Assembly (NCBI GenBank): GCA_012960245.1
Contig: DUBO01000038.1
Span: forward strand, 10,627-74,626
DNA: 64,000 nt
From: Candidatus Binatota bacterium
GTDB lineage: Bacteria > Desulfobacterota > Binatia > UBA1149
Reading direction: 5' to 3'
The notes under the pieces are model-generated. The model did no database searches. It was not told the DNA's origin and saw only the letters and a list, made by a program, of their open reading frames with translations. A program made the position numbers and the translations under genes. Of the stretch, positions 48,434 to 57,484 are shown piece after piece. Numbering within the stretch: position 1 is the first letter of the stretch; each line of letters starts with the position of its first letter.

Positions 48434-49672
48434 GTGAGCACGCCCGACGACTACGACCTGTTTGCGCCCGACACCATCGCCAGCCCCTGGGAGTTCTATG
48501 CCGCGTTGCGCGAGCACGCCCCGGTGTACCCGCTCGAACAGACCGGTTACAGCTTGGTGTCGCGCTATGACGACTGCCGCGCCGCGGCACTGGACACCGA
48601 TACTTTTTCGTCCAACCTGGTCGCCATGGTGGTGGGGCTGACCGGGCAGGCCCCGGCGCTGCTCGAAGTTTCATCAGCGACGACCCGGCCGGTGGACGTG
48701 CTCGCCATAGCCGACGAGCCGGTGCACGCCCGCCAGCGCAAGGTGGCCAACAGCGCGATGACCCCCCGGCGTGTAGCCGCGATGGAAGACAGCCTGCGCA
48801 GCCTGGCCGGCCAACTTGTGGAAACGTTTCTCGCCCGTGACTCCAGTGACGACTGGATGCAGGCGGTGGCCAACGAAATGCCCGTGCAGGTGGTCTGTCG
48901 GCTGGTGGGCCTGCCGCTCGAAGACCGAGTGCAGTTGCGCGCCTGGGCCAACGACGGCTCGGCGCTGTTGTCGGGAGTGCTCAACGACGAACAACTGGCG
49001 CGCTACGCCGCAAGCGTGATGAAACTCAACGCCTACTTGGCCGACGCTTTTCGCGCAGCCCGCGACTCGCCGGGAGACAACGTGCTGGGCGTACTCGCCC
49101 GCGCGACCCACGAAGACGAGGACTTCCTCAGCGAGGACGAGGTAGTGGCCATTCTGCTGCAATTGCTGTCGGCGGGCAGCGAATCGACCGCGGCCCTGCT
49201 GGGCAGCGCCGTACTGCTGCTGGCCCGTGACCCGCAACTGCAGCAGGCACTGCGCGCTGACCCCTCGGCGATACCCGACTTCATAGAGGAAACCCTGCGC
49301 CTGGAGTCCCCCTTCCAGGGACACTTCAGGCTCGCCACGCGCGACTGCAGGCTGGGCGACGTCGAGATAGCCTCCGGCACGCGCCTGATGCTCTTGTGGG
49401 GCTCGGCCAACCGCGATCCATCCCAGTTTGCAGACCCCGACAGGCTACGGCCCGGCCGCGACAACGCCTCGGCTCACCTCGCTTTCGGGCTTGGCATACA
49501 CCACTGCATAGGGGCGGCGCTGGCACGCATGGAGACGCGGGTGGCGCTCGAAGAACTGCTGGCACGCACGCGCTCGTTCGAACTCGCCGACCGGGATCAA
49601 ACGCCGTCCTACCTGCCCAGTGTCATGATACGACGCCTGGCACGGATGCCACTGACGGCTACCCCCCGCTGA
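48434..49672 (+). CDS. Cytochrome P450
   Basis: AGSEST, EETLR, FGLGIHHCIG. Confidence 0.92.
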   Translation: MSTPDDYDLFAPDTIASPWEFYAALREHAPVYPLEQTGYSLVSRYDDCRAAALDTDTFSSNLVAMVVGLTGQAPALLEVSSATTRPVDVLAIADEPVHARQRKVANSAMTPRRVAAMEDSLRSLAGQLVETFLARDSSDDWMQAVANEMPVQVVCRLVGLPLEDRVQLRAWANDGSALLSGVLNDEQLARYAASVMKLNAYLADAFRAARDSPGDNVLGVLARATHEDEDFLSEDEVVAILLQLLSAGSESTAALLGSAVLLLARDPQLQQALRADPSAIPDFIEETLRLESPFQGHFRLATRDCRLGDVEIASGTRLMLLWGSANRDPSQFADPDRLRPGRDNASAHLAFGLGIHHCIGAALARMETRVALEELLARTRSFELADRDQTPSYLPSVMIRRLARMPLTATPR

Positions 49673-50477
49673 CCGTTGAGCAGGCGTCGAAGGCCGCCAG
49701 CATCTCGTCGTAGCGTTGCTCGACTATGGCGCGAACCTCGGGGTGGCTGAGAATGAAAAAATCGTCTCGCTCCACCGCGGCTACCACCAGGCGGCCCACC
49801 TCGTCGGGGTCCATGCCCTCGGTGAACAGCTCGGCGAACTCGGCCGGCGATTGCTCGGGCCCCCCGTAAGCCTGCTGGCGATTGCGCCCCGCGTTCCAGA
49901 TGTCGGTGGCTACCAGGCCGGGGCACAGTATGCTCACGCCTATACCGTCGTCGACAAGCTCCCGGCGCATGACGTCCGACAAGGCCAGCACCGCGTGTTT
50001 GCTGGCGGTGTAGATGCCCATGCCGGCAAAGGGGATTCCCAGGCTGTGTTCCGACCCGGTGTTGACCACGTGAGCGGGGCCGCCCTGCTGCTTGAAGCGG
50101 GGTACGAAGGCCGCGCAGCCGTTGAGCACGCCGAAGACGTTGACGTCGAACACCCACCTCGCGTTGTCCTCGGGCAGTTCGGCCACCGCGCCCATGGTAC
50201 CTACGCCGGCGTTGTTGCAAAGCAGCCGCACCTGGCCCAGCTCGGCAAACGCGCGCTCGGCCAGCGCTTCGAGTGACTCGCGACTGGTCACGTCGCACTC
50301 AACGGCTATGCTTTCGACGCCGGTGGCGGCAAGCTCGTCGGCCACCTCGCGGGCGCGGTCGAGTTCTATGTCGGCCACGGCCACCGACACGCCGCGCGCA
50401 GCCAGCTCGCGGGCCACGCCTCGGCCTATGCCGCTGGCGGCGCCGGTCACGACGGCCGCCATGCGCTCGATCTTCAT
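49659..50477 (-). CDS. Short-chain dehydrogenase/reductase
   Basis: TGAASGIG, NNAG, YTASK; ATG 50477 overlaps the upstream stop (ATGA). Confidence 0.9.
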   Translation of the reverse strand: MKIERMAAVVTGAASGIGRGVARELAARGVSVAVADIELDRAREVADELAATGVESIAVECDVTSRESLEALAERAFAELGQVRLLCNNAGVGTMGAVAELPEDNARWVFDVNVFGVLNGCAAFVPRFKQQGGPAHVVNTGSEHSLGIPFAGMGIYTASKHAVLALSDVMRRELVDDGIGVSILCPGLVATDIWNAGRNRQQAYGGPEQSPAEFAELFTEGMDPDEVGRLVVAAVERDDFFILSHPEVRAIVEQRYDEMLAAFDACSTVSGG

Positions 50478-50998
50478 GCGCTGTCGCCTCCCACCGCGCT
50501 GCGCGCCTCGTTGAGCATGTCCGCGGGCGAGGGCCGACCCATGGCGCCATAAGCGTTGAGCATGCCAGGACGCTGCACCCACTCGTGCAGGAGCTCGTGG
50601 GCGCCATCGCCACCCGCTCGCAACACGAAGTAAGCCGGCTGCAGGAACGCACCCTCGGGGTACTTGCGGGACATCGGGTGACCACTGCTGGTCGGCACGT
50701 CAAAAAGTTTGAGCGAACTCAACGAGGGATCGCTCAACAGCGTAAACGGTAGTCCCAGGGCGCGGCGCATACGCGACAGCGCGCGTGGGCTGTCGGCCGA
50801 TATACCCAGCAGGCGGACACCGGTTTCGGAAAAATCATCGGCAAGTGAGGAGAGCCCCTTCCAGGAGCGCACACAGAAGGGTCACCAGTAGCCGCGAAAA
50901 AACACCAAGCCCAGGGTGTCCCCGCCGGCAAGAGCTTCGGCGAGACTGAAGTCGGCGTCTTCGTGGGTTTTCAGAAGAAGATCGGCAGCATCATTCAT
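50474..50998 (-). CDS. Peroxiredoxin/AhpC-TSA-like selenoprotein (UxxC; in-frame TGA at 50882-50884)
   Basis: MNDAADLLLKTHEDADFSLAEALAGGDTLGLVFFRGYW-TGA-PFCVRSW...LLGISADS...FTLLSDP; TGA sits at the first Cys of the FxRGxWCPxC motif. Confidence 0.8.
50856..50881 (-). promoter_or_regulatory. Candidate bacterial SECIS hairpin
   Basis: Immediately 3' of UGA: CCCUUCUG-UGUGCGCUCC-UGGAAGGG (8-bp stem including 2 G-U pairs). Confidence 0.45.
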
Positions 50999-51060
50999 GG
51001 GCGCAATCTACGCCCTGGCACTCGCCCTCGCAACGCAGCTGCCCTGCCGGGTTCCCAGCT

Positions 51061-52725
51061 TCAGTTCGGCCAGTAAATATACTCGTCGCCCTCGTTCATC
51101 GTGTCTTCGCCGGTCTTATCAACGGGCACCGGTACTTCTACCAACGATGGCCACATCGGTTCGGCCTGCTCGGCGTTGTGCCTGGCGAGCAGGTCCTCCA
51201 GTTCGGCGACCTTCCCTGGATTAATCTCGGCCAGGTTTTCCTGCTCGGTCGGATCATCGACCATGTTGTAGAGCCAGCGTTTCGCCGGCCGGTCAGATAC
51301 CTGCAGCTTCCAACCACCCGACAGCACCGCCTGGTAGTAGCCCTGCCTCCAGAACACCGCCTCGTGCGGGCTCCCCTGTTCCTCCCCGGCTATAAACGGC
51401 AGCAGGTCTACCCCGTCGACCTTCTTGTCTGTCCAACTCCCCCCACCCCCGGCGGCCACCGCTGTGGCCATTATATCCACGTGAGAAACCGGCTCGTGGT
51501 ACACCAGTCCCGGCTCTATCCGGGCCGGCCATTTAACAAAAAACGGCACGTGGGTTCCTCCCTCGAACAGGGTGATCTTCCAGCCCCGGTAAGGATCGTT
51601 TATCCCCGGCAACCCTATGTACCCGGCACCGCCGTTATCGCTGGTGAACACCACCATCGTGTTGTCCTCCAGCCCGTGCTCACGCAACGCCGCAAGTACC
51701 CGGCCGACACTGCGATCGACCGACCGCACCATGCCGGCGTATACCCGCAGGCGGTGGTCTTCTATGTGGTCGAGCGCATCGTAATCGGCCCGGGTGGCCT
51801 GCAACGGGGTGTGCACACCCCAGTGCGCCAGGTAAAGAAGAAATGGTCGGTTCCTGTTCGCCTCGATTGCCGCGACCGCCTGGTCTGCCAGGTAGTCGGT
51901 CAGGTACCCCTCGGGCTCAAACCATTCCGAGTCATTGAAACTGACCGCGTACTGCAGGATCGCCCATAGCACCCGATCGATGACGTCAAAATCCTGCTTG
52001 GAGTTAACGACGCCAGGCGAGTCCTCGGGCAAGTAGAGACCGCTTTCCATCATGATACTCTCGTCAAAGCCCTGGGCTGACGGCCTGAAGCGCGGACTGC
52101 GTCCCAGGTGCCACTTGCCAAGATGCATGGTGTGATAGCCGCGGTCGCCAAGCGCCTCGGCCAGGGTGACCTCCGACGGTGGCATACCCATCTCCTCCAT
52201 CGGCATGCGGTTGTCAGCCTTGTCCTCGTCTATCACCAATTGGTGTAGTCCCGGGTCGTGGTGGCTGAGCACGCGCGCAATCCTGGTCATGGCCGCCGGC
52301 GTAGGCGTAAACTCGAACCCGAAGCGGGTGGAATACCTGCTGGTCATAATGGAAGCCCGCGACGGGGCACACACCGCGTTGCCAGCGTAGCCGTTTACCA
52401 GGTCCGCACCGTTGCGTGCCACCGAGTCTATGTTCGGCGTGGGGACGGTGCCGCCCGCCACGCCACCACCGTGGAGCGTGATGTCGTTGAACCCCATGTC
52501 GTCAACGAGAATCACGACTATGTTTGGCTTCCGCTGATCCGGGGGCAGGTCGGCAGTTGCCGGCCCCTGCTGCCAGGTCACCGGACGGTTTGCGGCTACG
52601 CTGTTACGCATGCGGCTGGCCAGTCCTATGGCCTCGATCATCAGCCACTCGCGCATCGAGTAAGCACACGCGGCCAGCAGCGCCACGACCACCAGCACGG
52701 ACAGTGTTTTCTTACCTATCATCAT
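51061..52725 (-). CDS. Formylglycine-dependent sulfatase, exported
   Basis: PNIVVILVDDMG, CAPSRASIMT (CxPxR), GKWHLG, SDNG. Confidence 0.93.
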   Translation of the reverse strand: MMIGKKTLSVLVVVALLAACAYSMREWLMIEAIGLASRMRNSVAANRPVTWQQGPATADLPPDQRKPNIVVILVDDMGFNDITLHGGGVAGGTVPTPNIDSVARNGADLVNGYAGNAVCAPSRASIMTSRYSTRFGFEFTPTPAAMTRIARVLSHHDPGLHQLVIDEDKADNRMPMEEMGMPPSEVTLAEALGDRGYHTMHLGKWHLGRSPRFRPSAQGFDESIMMESGLYLPEDSPGVVNSKQDFDVIDRVLWAILQYAVSFNDSEWFEPEGYLTDYLADQAVAAIEANRNRPFLLYLAHWGVHTPLQATRADYDALDHIEDHRLRVYAGMVRSVDRSVGRVLAALREHGLEDNTMVVFTSDNGGAGYIGLPGINDPYRGWKITLFEGGTHVPFFVKWPARIEPGLVYHEPVSHVDIMATAVAAGGGGSWTDKKVDGVDLLPFIAGEEQGSPHEAVFWRQGYYQAVLSGGWKLQVSDRPAKRWLYNMVDDPTEQENLAEINPGKVAELEDLLARHNAEQAEPMWPSLVEVPVPVDKTGEDTMNEGDEYIYWPN

Positions 52726-52743
52726 CAGTTTCTTTCCGTCGCC

Positions 52744-53829
52744 CTATTGATACCGCGCGATTACCTGCTCGGCGAACTCGCGATAGCAGTCGCGGGCGAA
52801 CTCCATGGGGGGTAACAGGGTGACTTCCTTCAGTCCCATGGCCTCCTGTGCCCGAAGCTGCTCGATGATCTCGTCGGGCTCACCCACCAGCCCGCCCGAA
52901 GCGCGTATTGTGGCCGGGGTGACAAAGCGCCGCTCGGCCGGCACCAGGTAAGTGCAGTGGCCGTCGTGGATCTGCAGGTAGCGGCGGTCCTCGGGGGTTT
53001 CCATGCCGTCGACGTAGGCCTTGTACTCGTCCCAGGTGTCGCGGATCGACTCATCGATAAAATCGTCGCTGCCCGCCTGCCGGGCCAGCTCCCAGAAGAA
53101 GTGCAGGCTGGCGGTGACCATCGACCCCACCTGGTCTATCACCCGGTCGTCGGTGAGCTGTTCACCGGGCTTGAGCACGCAGGAGAAGGTGAGCGCGGCA
53201 GTGTGGTAGTCGTTCTCCAGGTCACGCCCCGCGGCCGAAGCTGCCTTCAGGGCCAGGCCCAGGTTGTGCTTGAAAGCCGGCTCCGGCTCGCCGCCTGCCG
53301 AGATACGACCGTCGCCGTACATGCCAGCGGCCTTGAGCGCCAGCGGGCCGTTGGCGGCCACGTATATGGGCACCGGCTGCTCGGTGTTCATGAAGCCCAG
53401 TTCTTCGTGCAGGAACTTTATCTCGCGCGTCACCCCGTCCTGCGTGTACTCCACCTGGCGGCCATGCAGCAGCTCCCTGACCACGTGCAGGTACTCGCGA
53501 AAGGGGCGCGGCTTGACCGGGTCCATGCCCATCACGCGCATGGCAGTGTGACCGGTGCCCACGCCCAGGAACACGCGCCCGGGCGCAAGCTGGTTGATGC
53601 TGGCAATGGAATGGGCAGTGACTGGCGCCGTGCGCGTGCCGGCGATCGACACGCCGGTGCCCAGGCGAATACGCGAGGTGTTGGCCGCAGCGAGCGCCAG
53701 CACCGCGTAGCAGTCGGACCAGATCATCTGCGAATCGGGTACCCAGCCGTGGTCGTAACCGAGGTCCTCGGCAAAACTGAGCAACTGCCAGTCGTCTATC
53801 CGCGGGGCTATCATAGCTCCAAACTTCAT
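52744..53829 (-). CDS. LLM-class flavin-dependent oxidoreductase
   Basis: WVPDSQ, RIRLGTGV, APGRVFLGVGTG, PIYVAANGP. Confidence 0.9.
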   Translation of the reverse strand: MKFGAMIAPRIDDWQLLSFAEDLGYDHGWVPDSQMIWSDCYAVLALAAANTSRIRLGTGVSIAGTRTAPVTAHSIASINQLAPGRVFLGVGTGHTAMRVMGMDPVKPRPFREYLHVVRELLHGRQVEYTQDGVTREIKFLHEELGFMNTEQPVPIYVAANGPLALKAAGMYGDGRISAGGEPEPAFKHNLGLALKAASAAGRDLENDYHTAALTFSCVLKPGEQLTDDRVIDQVGSMVTASLHFFWELARQAGSDDFIDESIRDTWDEYKAYVDGMETPEDRRYLQIHDGHCTYLVPAERRFVTPATIRASGGLVGEPDEIIEQLRAQEAMGLKEVTLLPPMEFARDCYREFAEQVIARYQ

Positions 53830-53880
53830 ATACTATCTCCTCCAAGCGGCCCGTGGACCGGTGCCCCGACAGGAGACCAC

Positions 53881-54915
53881 ATGAAAGTTCTGCGAACCCC
53901 CGACGAGCAATTCAACAATCTTCCTGGCTACCCCTTCGAACCCCACTACACCGACCTGCCCGACGGCGACGGCGGCACGCTGCGCGTACACCACCTTGAC
54001 GAGGGACCAGGCGACGCCCCGATTGTGCTCTGCTTACACGGGCAGCCGACCTGGAGCTACCTCTACCGCCTGATGATACCGCCGCTGGTGGAGTCGGGCC
54101 TGCGCGTACTCGCGCCCGATCTGGTGGGCTACGGCCGCAGCGACAAACCCGCCGCGCGCGAGGACTACAGCTACCAGCGACAGGTCGACTGGATGACCGC
54201 GTGGCTTGAGGCAAACGACGTCACAGGCGCAACACTGTTCGGGCAGGACTGGGGAGGACTTATCGGCCTGAGGCTGGTGGCCGAGAACCCCGGGCGCTTC
54301 GACAGGGTGGTCATCAGCAACACCGGCCTGCCGATGCCCCCGGACCTACCAGCCGGCATCGTCGACGAAGTAAAAGACTTCAGGCAGAACGCACCCACGC
54401 CCACCATGATGGAGATGGCCGCCGCAATTTCGGGTGACTCGCAGGCTGGAGGCAGCGATGAGATCGGGCGAGGCGCCATGGCCTTCGCCTACTGGCAGAA
54501 GTGGTGCTGGGAGACCGAGGACCTTCCGGTGGGAATGGCCGTGGGCGGCATGGTGGGCGCCGAGAAAGCCGTGGCGCCCGAGGAAGTAGCGGCCTACGAC
54601 GCCCCCTTCCCTGACCCTTCCTACAAGATGGGTCCGCGCGCGATGCCCAGCCATGTGCCCACGTTGCCGGGAGATCCATCCACGCAGGCCAACCTGGCAG
54701 CGTGGAAAGTGCTCGAACAGTGGGACAAGCCCTTTCTATGTGCCTTTGCTGACAACGACCCGGTTACCAGGGGAGCGGAGAAAGCCTTTCTCGAACGCGT
54801 GCCCGGCAGCAAGGGCCTGCCGCACGTTACCTTTAACGGCGGCGGCCATTTCATCCAGGAAACCCGGCCCGATGAGCTGGCCGGCATTATATCCGCACTG
54901 GTCGAGTCGGCCTGA
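53881..54915 (+). CDS. dhmA: Haloalkane dehalogenase (HLD-I)
   Basis: MKVLRTPD, HGQPTWSYLY, GQDWGG, GHFIQE; ATG 53881 after AGGAG. Confidence 0.88.
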   Translation: MKVLRTPDEQFNNLPGYPFEPHYTDLPDGDGGTLRVHHLDEGPGDAPIVLCLHGQPTWSYLYRLMIPPLVESGLRVLAPDLVGYGRSDKPAAREDYSYQRQVDWMTAWLEANDVTGATLFGQDWGGLIGLRLVAENPGRFDRVVISNTGLPMPPDLPAGIVDEVKDFRQNAPTPTMMEMAAAISGDSQAGGSDEIGRGAMAFAYWQKWCWETEDLPVGMAVGGMVGAEKAVAPEEVAAYDAPFPDPSYKMGPRAMPSHVPTLPGDPSTQANLAAWKVLEQWDKPFLCAFADNDPVTRGAEKAFLERVPGSKGLPHVTFNGGGHFIQETRPDELAGIISALVESA

Positions 54916-54947
54916 ACGCCGCTTCCGCACGAGGCACAAAAAGGTAA

Positions 54948-54974
54948 CCCCGGGCTCCTTGTGAGAGCCCGGGG
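54948..54974 (-). terminator. Rho-independent terminator-like hairpin
   Basis: ccccgggctc-cttgtga-gagcccgggg perfect 10-bp stem followed by ttaccttttt on the minus strand. Confidence 0.7.
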
Positions 54975-55029
54975 CGTCGGGGGCCGGTGGGGTGTTGCCG
55001 GCCGGTGGGGAAAACGGGTAGCCGCCAGC

Positions 55030-55728
55030 CTACTGGCACACGCAGAATGCCGCCACTGGATCGCCTACGAACGTGCACTGCTTGGTGGTATCGGCGCAAT
55101 CGCCACCGCAGGTGGGAGCGCCTGACTGTTCGCAGGGATCGCTCTGCTCGGGCTCGCATCGGCAAGCCAGGGTACCGGCTATATTCGTGCACACGTCGGT
55201 CGGATTGGGGCAGTCGCCGTTACAGGTCGGGGCACCGGACTGTTCGCAGGGGACCGGCTGGTCGAACACCTTCCAGGCGGGCGTGCACATCTTGGTGGTC
55301 CTGAAACCGGCGATCTCGCGCTGGCCAAACTGGTCAACCACGTCCTGGGCACTGGGCGGCATCGCGCCAGTAGGATCCTTGGGGCAGCGGATCTTGTAGC
55401 AGAGAAAGTCGTTGGTCAGGTCCTGGCCAACCACGTCCTCGTGCGGGGCATCGCGCTTGTTGTTGGGCTGCATGATGCGATCTTTATTGACCGGCAGGCA
55501 GAACTCCTTGCTCTTGACCATTATCCTGCAGCCGGCTTCGCTCGGGTACATGGATTGGTCAGAGTTTGTGATGAGATCGGCTACCGCCGAGTACCTGTGA
55601 GAATCCTTGATCTTGTAGCACTTCAGGTGGTCGTTGACGTTCTGGGCCTGCGAGATTGCGGGCAGCGCCAGGGCCAGGAAAGCTACGGTTACTGTTGCTG
55701 TTACTATTGCTGTGATTGCCTTGTTCAT
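55030..55728 (-). CDS. Secreted Cys-rich protein (DHLKCYK/FLCYK domain plus two C-terminal Cys modules)
   Basis: Signal peptide ending SQA; DHLKCYKIKD, FCLP, FLCYKIRC, DQFG, MCTPA; GGAGG RBS. Confidence 0.85.
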   Translation of the reverse strand: MNKAITAIVTATVTVAFLALALPAISQAQNVNDHLKCYKIKDSHRYSAVADLITNSDQSMYPSEAGCRIMVKSKEFCLPVNKDRIMQPNNKRDAPHEDVVGQDLTNDFLCYKIRCPKDPTGAMPPSAQDVVDQFGQREIAGFRTTKMCTPAWKVFDQPVPCEQSGAPTCNGDCPNPTDVCTNIAGTLACRCEPEQSDPCEQSGAPTCGGDCADTTKQCTFVGDPVAAFCVCQ

Positions 55729-55783
55729 GTCGATTCCTCCGTCGGCGGCGCGGGTTGAGCCCGCGCCGGCATGCCCCTGTCAA

Positions 55784-55800
55784 AGCAACTGCTGTGCCAA
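55784..55800 (-). promoter_or_regulatory. Sigma54 promoter
   Basis: TTGGCACAGCAGTTGCT. Confidence 0.85.
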
Positions 55801-55840
55801 TCGGTAACGGCCCGGAAACCCTGTAAACACGGGCTCTAAC

Positions 55841-55876
55841 CGGGGCTGTGCTGCTAACGTAAGTTAGCGCTCGAAG
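55841..55876. promoter_or_regulatory. Conserved upstream element containing GCTAAC-GTAA-GTTAGC (55853-55868)
   Basis: 30/36 identical to 62218-62253 and at the same distance from its sigma54 promoter. Confidence 0.75.
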
Positions 55877-55930
55877 GGCGGTAGCGTGTGGGTGGGTTTG
55901 CAGCGGAGCACCCGGATGCGCCGCCGGTCT

Positions 55931-56986
55931 CTAGAGCGAGAAAATACCCAGTAGCAGGCCACAACCGGTGAGAGCCATCAGGGGGCCATCACAGGTATGC
56001 GGGCTCACGGCTTCGGCAAGCGTCAGCCCAAGGGGAATAACGGCCACCGCCACCAGGAATTGTTCGGGCGTAAACACCGGGACGGCCGACAGGAACTGGT
56101 ATCCACACAGCACCACGACCGAAACGATAAACACCGTCGCACTACCCTCCAGGGATCGTACGAACTGCCCACTCCAGATACGCCCGTTGTGCCACAGGGC
56201 CTTGGTGCGGTACTTGTGCTTGCCGAAACGGATACCCACCGGTTCGGCGAGGCCGTCACCAAATTCGTTTATCAGTTGCGGCACGAGAACGATGAAGGGA
56301 TTGGCGACCAGCGCCATGAAAGGCAGGTATACGGCGAAACGAAACACGTCCTCGAGCATGTCATAACGCAGGGAATATGGCCTATCCTCCAGCCGATCCC
56401 ACGAAACGAACGCGTACCGGAACAACGCGACCCGGCGCCGAACGCGATGATACTCGAGCCCTATGGTTTTCAACTGGCCGAGGCAGAACAGGAACGCTAT
56501 GTCGATAATCACCTTGTCGCCGCTTACTATGAGAAGCGGGATCACGAAGGCCGAGAGCTTCTTTACGGGGCGAAGAATCAGTTTGCGGACGTAATTGATC
56601 CGAACTCGGTGCCGCATCACGAGCCATGATGCGAAGAGTTTACCCGCGACTTCGACTACGATCGAGATGCCAAAAAAAGCCATTGCCGCCGTGTTAAGTG
56701 CCGGGAGTACGCCGACAGCCCCCAGTACCCCAAGCGTGGCGGCTACAGCCAGGTAAAACGGACCAAGTACGGCTACGAATCGGTCCTCGCCCCTCCAGTC
56801 ATAGGCCTCGTTCTCCAGCCCGTAAGGATCGGCATACAGGCGGGCGAAATAGCCGTCCCGCGACTGGTGTACTGTCTCCTGGGATACCGGCCCTTCCCGC
56901 GTGATCGCCACCGCGGCCAAAGCGGCCCCCGGATACAGTGCCGCGTCGTTACCGGTCGGCTCGTTGGCAGTGCTGGTCCTTGTCAT
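55931..56986 (-). CDS. CTP-dependent polyprenol/phytol/dolichol kinase-like membrane protein
   Basis: Multi-TM; NYVRK, GDGLAEPVGIRFG, RSLEGS, AEAVSPHTCD. Confidence 0.7.
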   Translation of the reverse strand: MTRTSTANEPTGNDAALYPGAALAAVAITREGPVSQETVHQSRDGYFARLYADPYGLENEAYDWRGEDRFVAVLGPFYLAVAATLGVLGAVGVLPALNTAAMAFFGISIVVEVAGKLFASWLVMRHRVRINYVRKLILRPVKKLSAFVIPLLIVSGDKVIIDIAFLFCLGQLKTIGLEYHRVRRRVALFRYAFVSWDRLEDRPYSLRYDMLEDVFRFAVYLPFMALVANPFIVLVPQLINEFGDGLAEPVGIRFGKHKYRTKALWHNGRIWSGQFVRSLEGSATVFIVSVVVLCGYQFLSAVPVFTPEQFLVAVAVIPLGLTLAEAVSPHTCDGPLMALTGCGLLLGIFSL

Positions 56987-57075
56987 AACTTGCTCCCCAC
57001 TGTCTTCTTGAACGACCCGATGCTGATGTCAGTCGGACCCAGACCCGCAACAGGACGAGCTCAATATACAAGTAC

Positions 57076-57092
57076 TGCAACTCGTGTGCCAG
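57076..57092 (-). promoter_or_regulatory. Sigma54 promoter
   Basis: CTGGCACACGAGTTGCA; motif GCAAAC-CAGG-GTTAGC lies upstream at 57134-57149. Confidence 0.85.
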
Positions 57093-57233
57093 TAGGAAAT
57101 TGGCACAAAAACGGGCTCCCGCCGAGACCGGATGCAAACCAGGGTTAGCCCTAGGAGGCCCGGACCGCCTTCCTGGCTTAGCACTGGCCGACGTGGAGGC
57201 GCCGCTTAGCGGGCCCAGCTGGAGGATAGAAAA

Positions 57234-57458
57234 ATGATAAAACTCTGTTTCTGCGTACACCGGTTGCCGTCGCTCACGCGCGAGCAGTTCCAGGATTACT
57301 GGCACTCGACCCACGCGGCGCTGTTAAAGCGCCACGCCGAGGTCCTCGGCACAGAACAGGCGCAGGCTGCCGTCGCAGAGTTGATCGAAGACGAGCATCG
57401 ATTTGCAGACCTGTCGCGCTCGCCCATATTCCTGGCCGAAGAACGGCAGATCCTGTAG
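57234..57458 (+). pseudogene. EthD-family protein with apparent in-frame internal deletion
   Basis: EthD N-terminus (TREQFQDYWHSTHA) joined directly to the C-terminus (ELIEDEHRFADLSRS); central RYVQxH...DGVAELW segment is absent. Confidence 0.6.
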
Positions 57459-57484
57459 CGGCCGGCGGTAAGGAGAAAATCACG

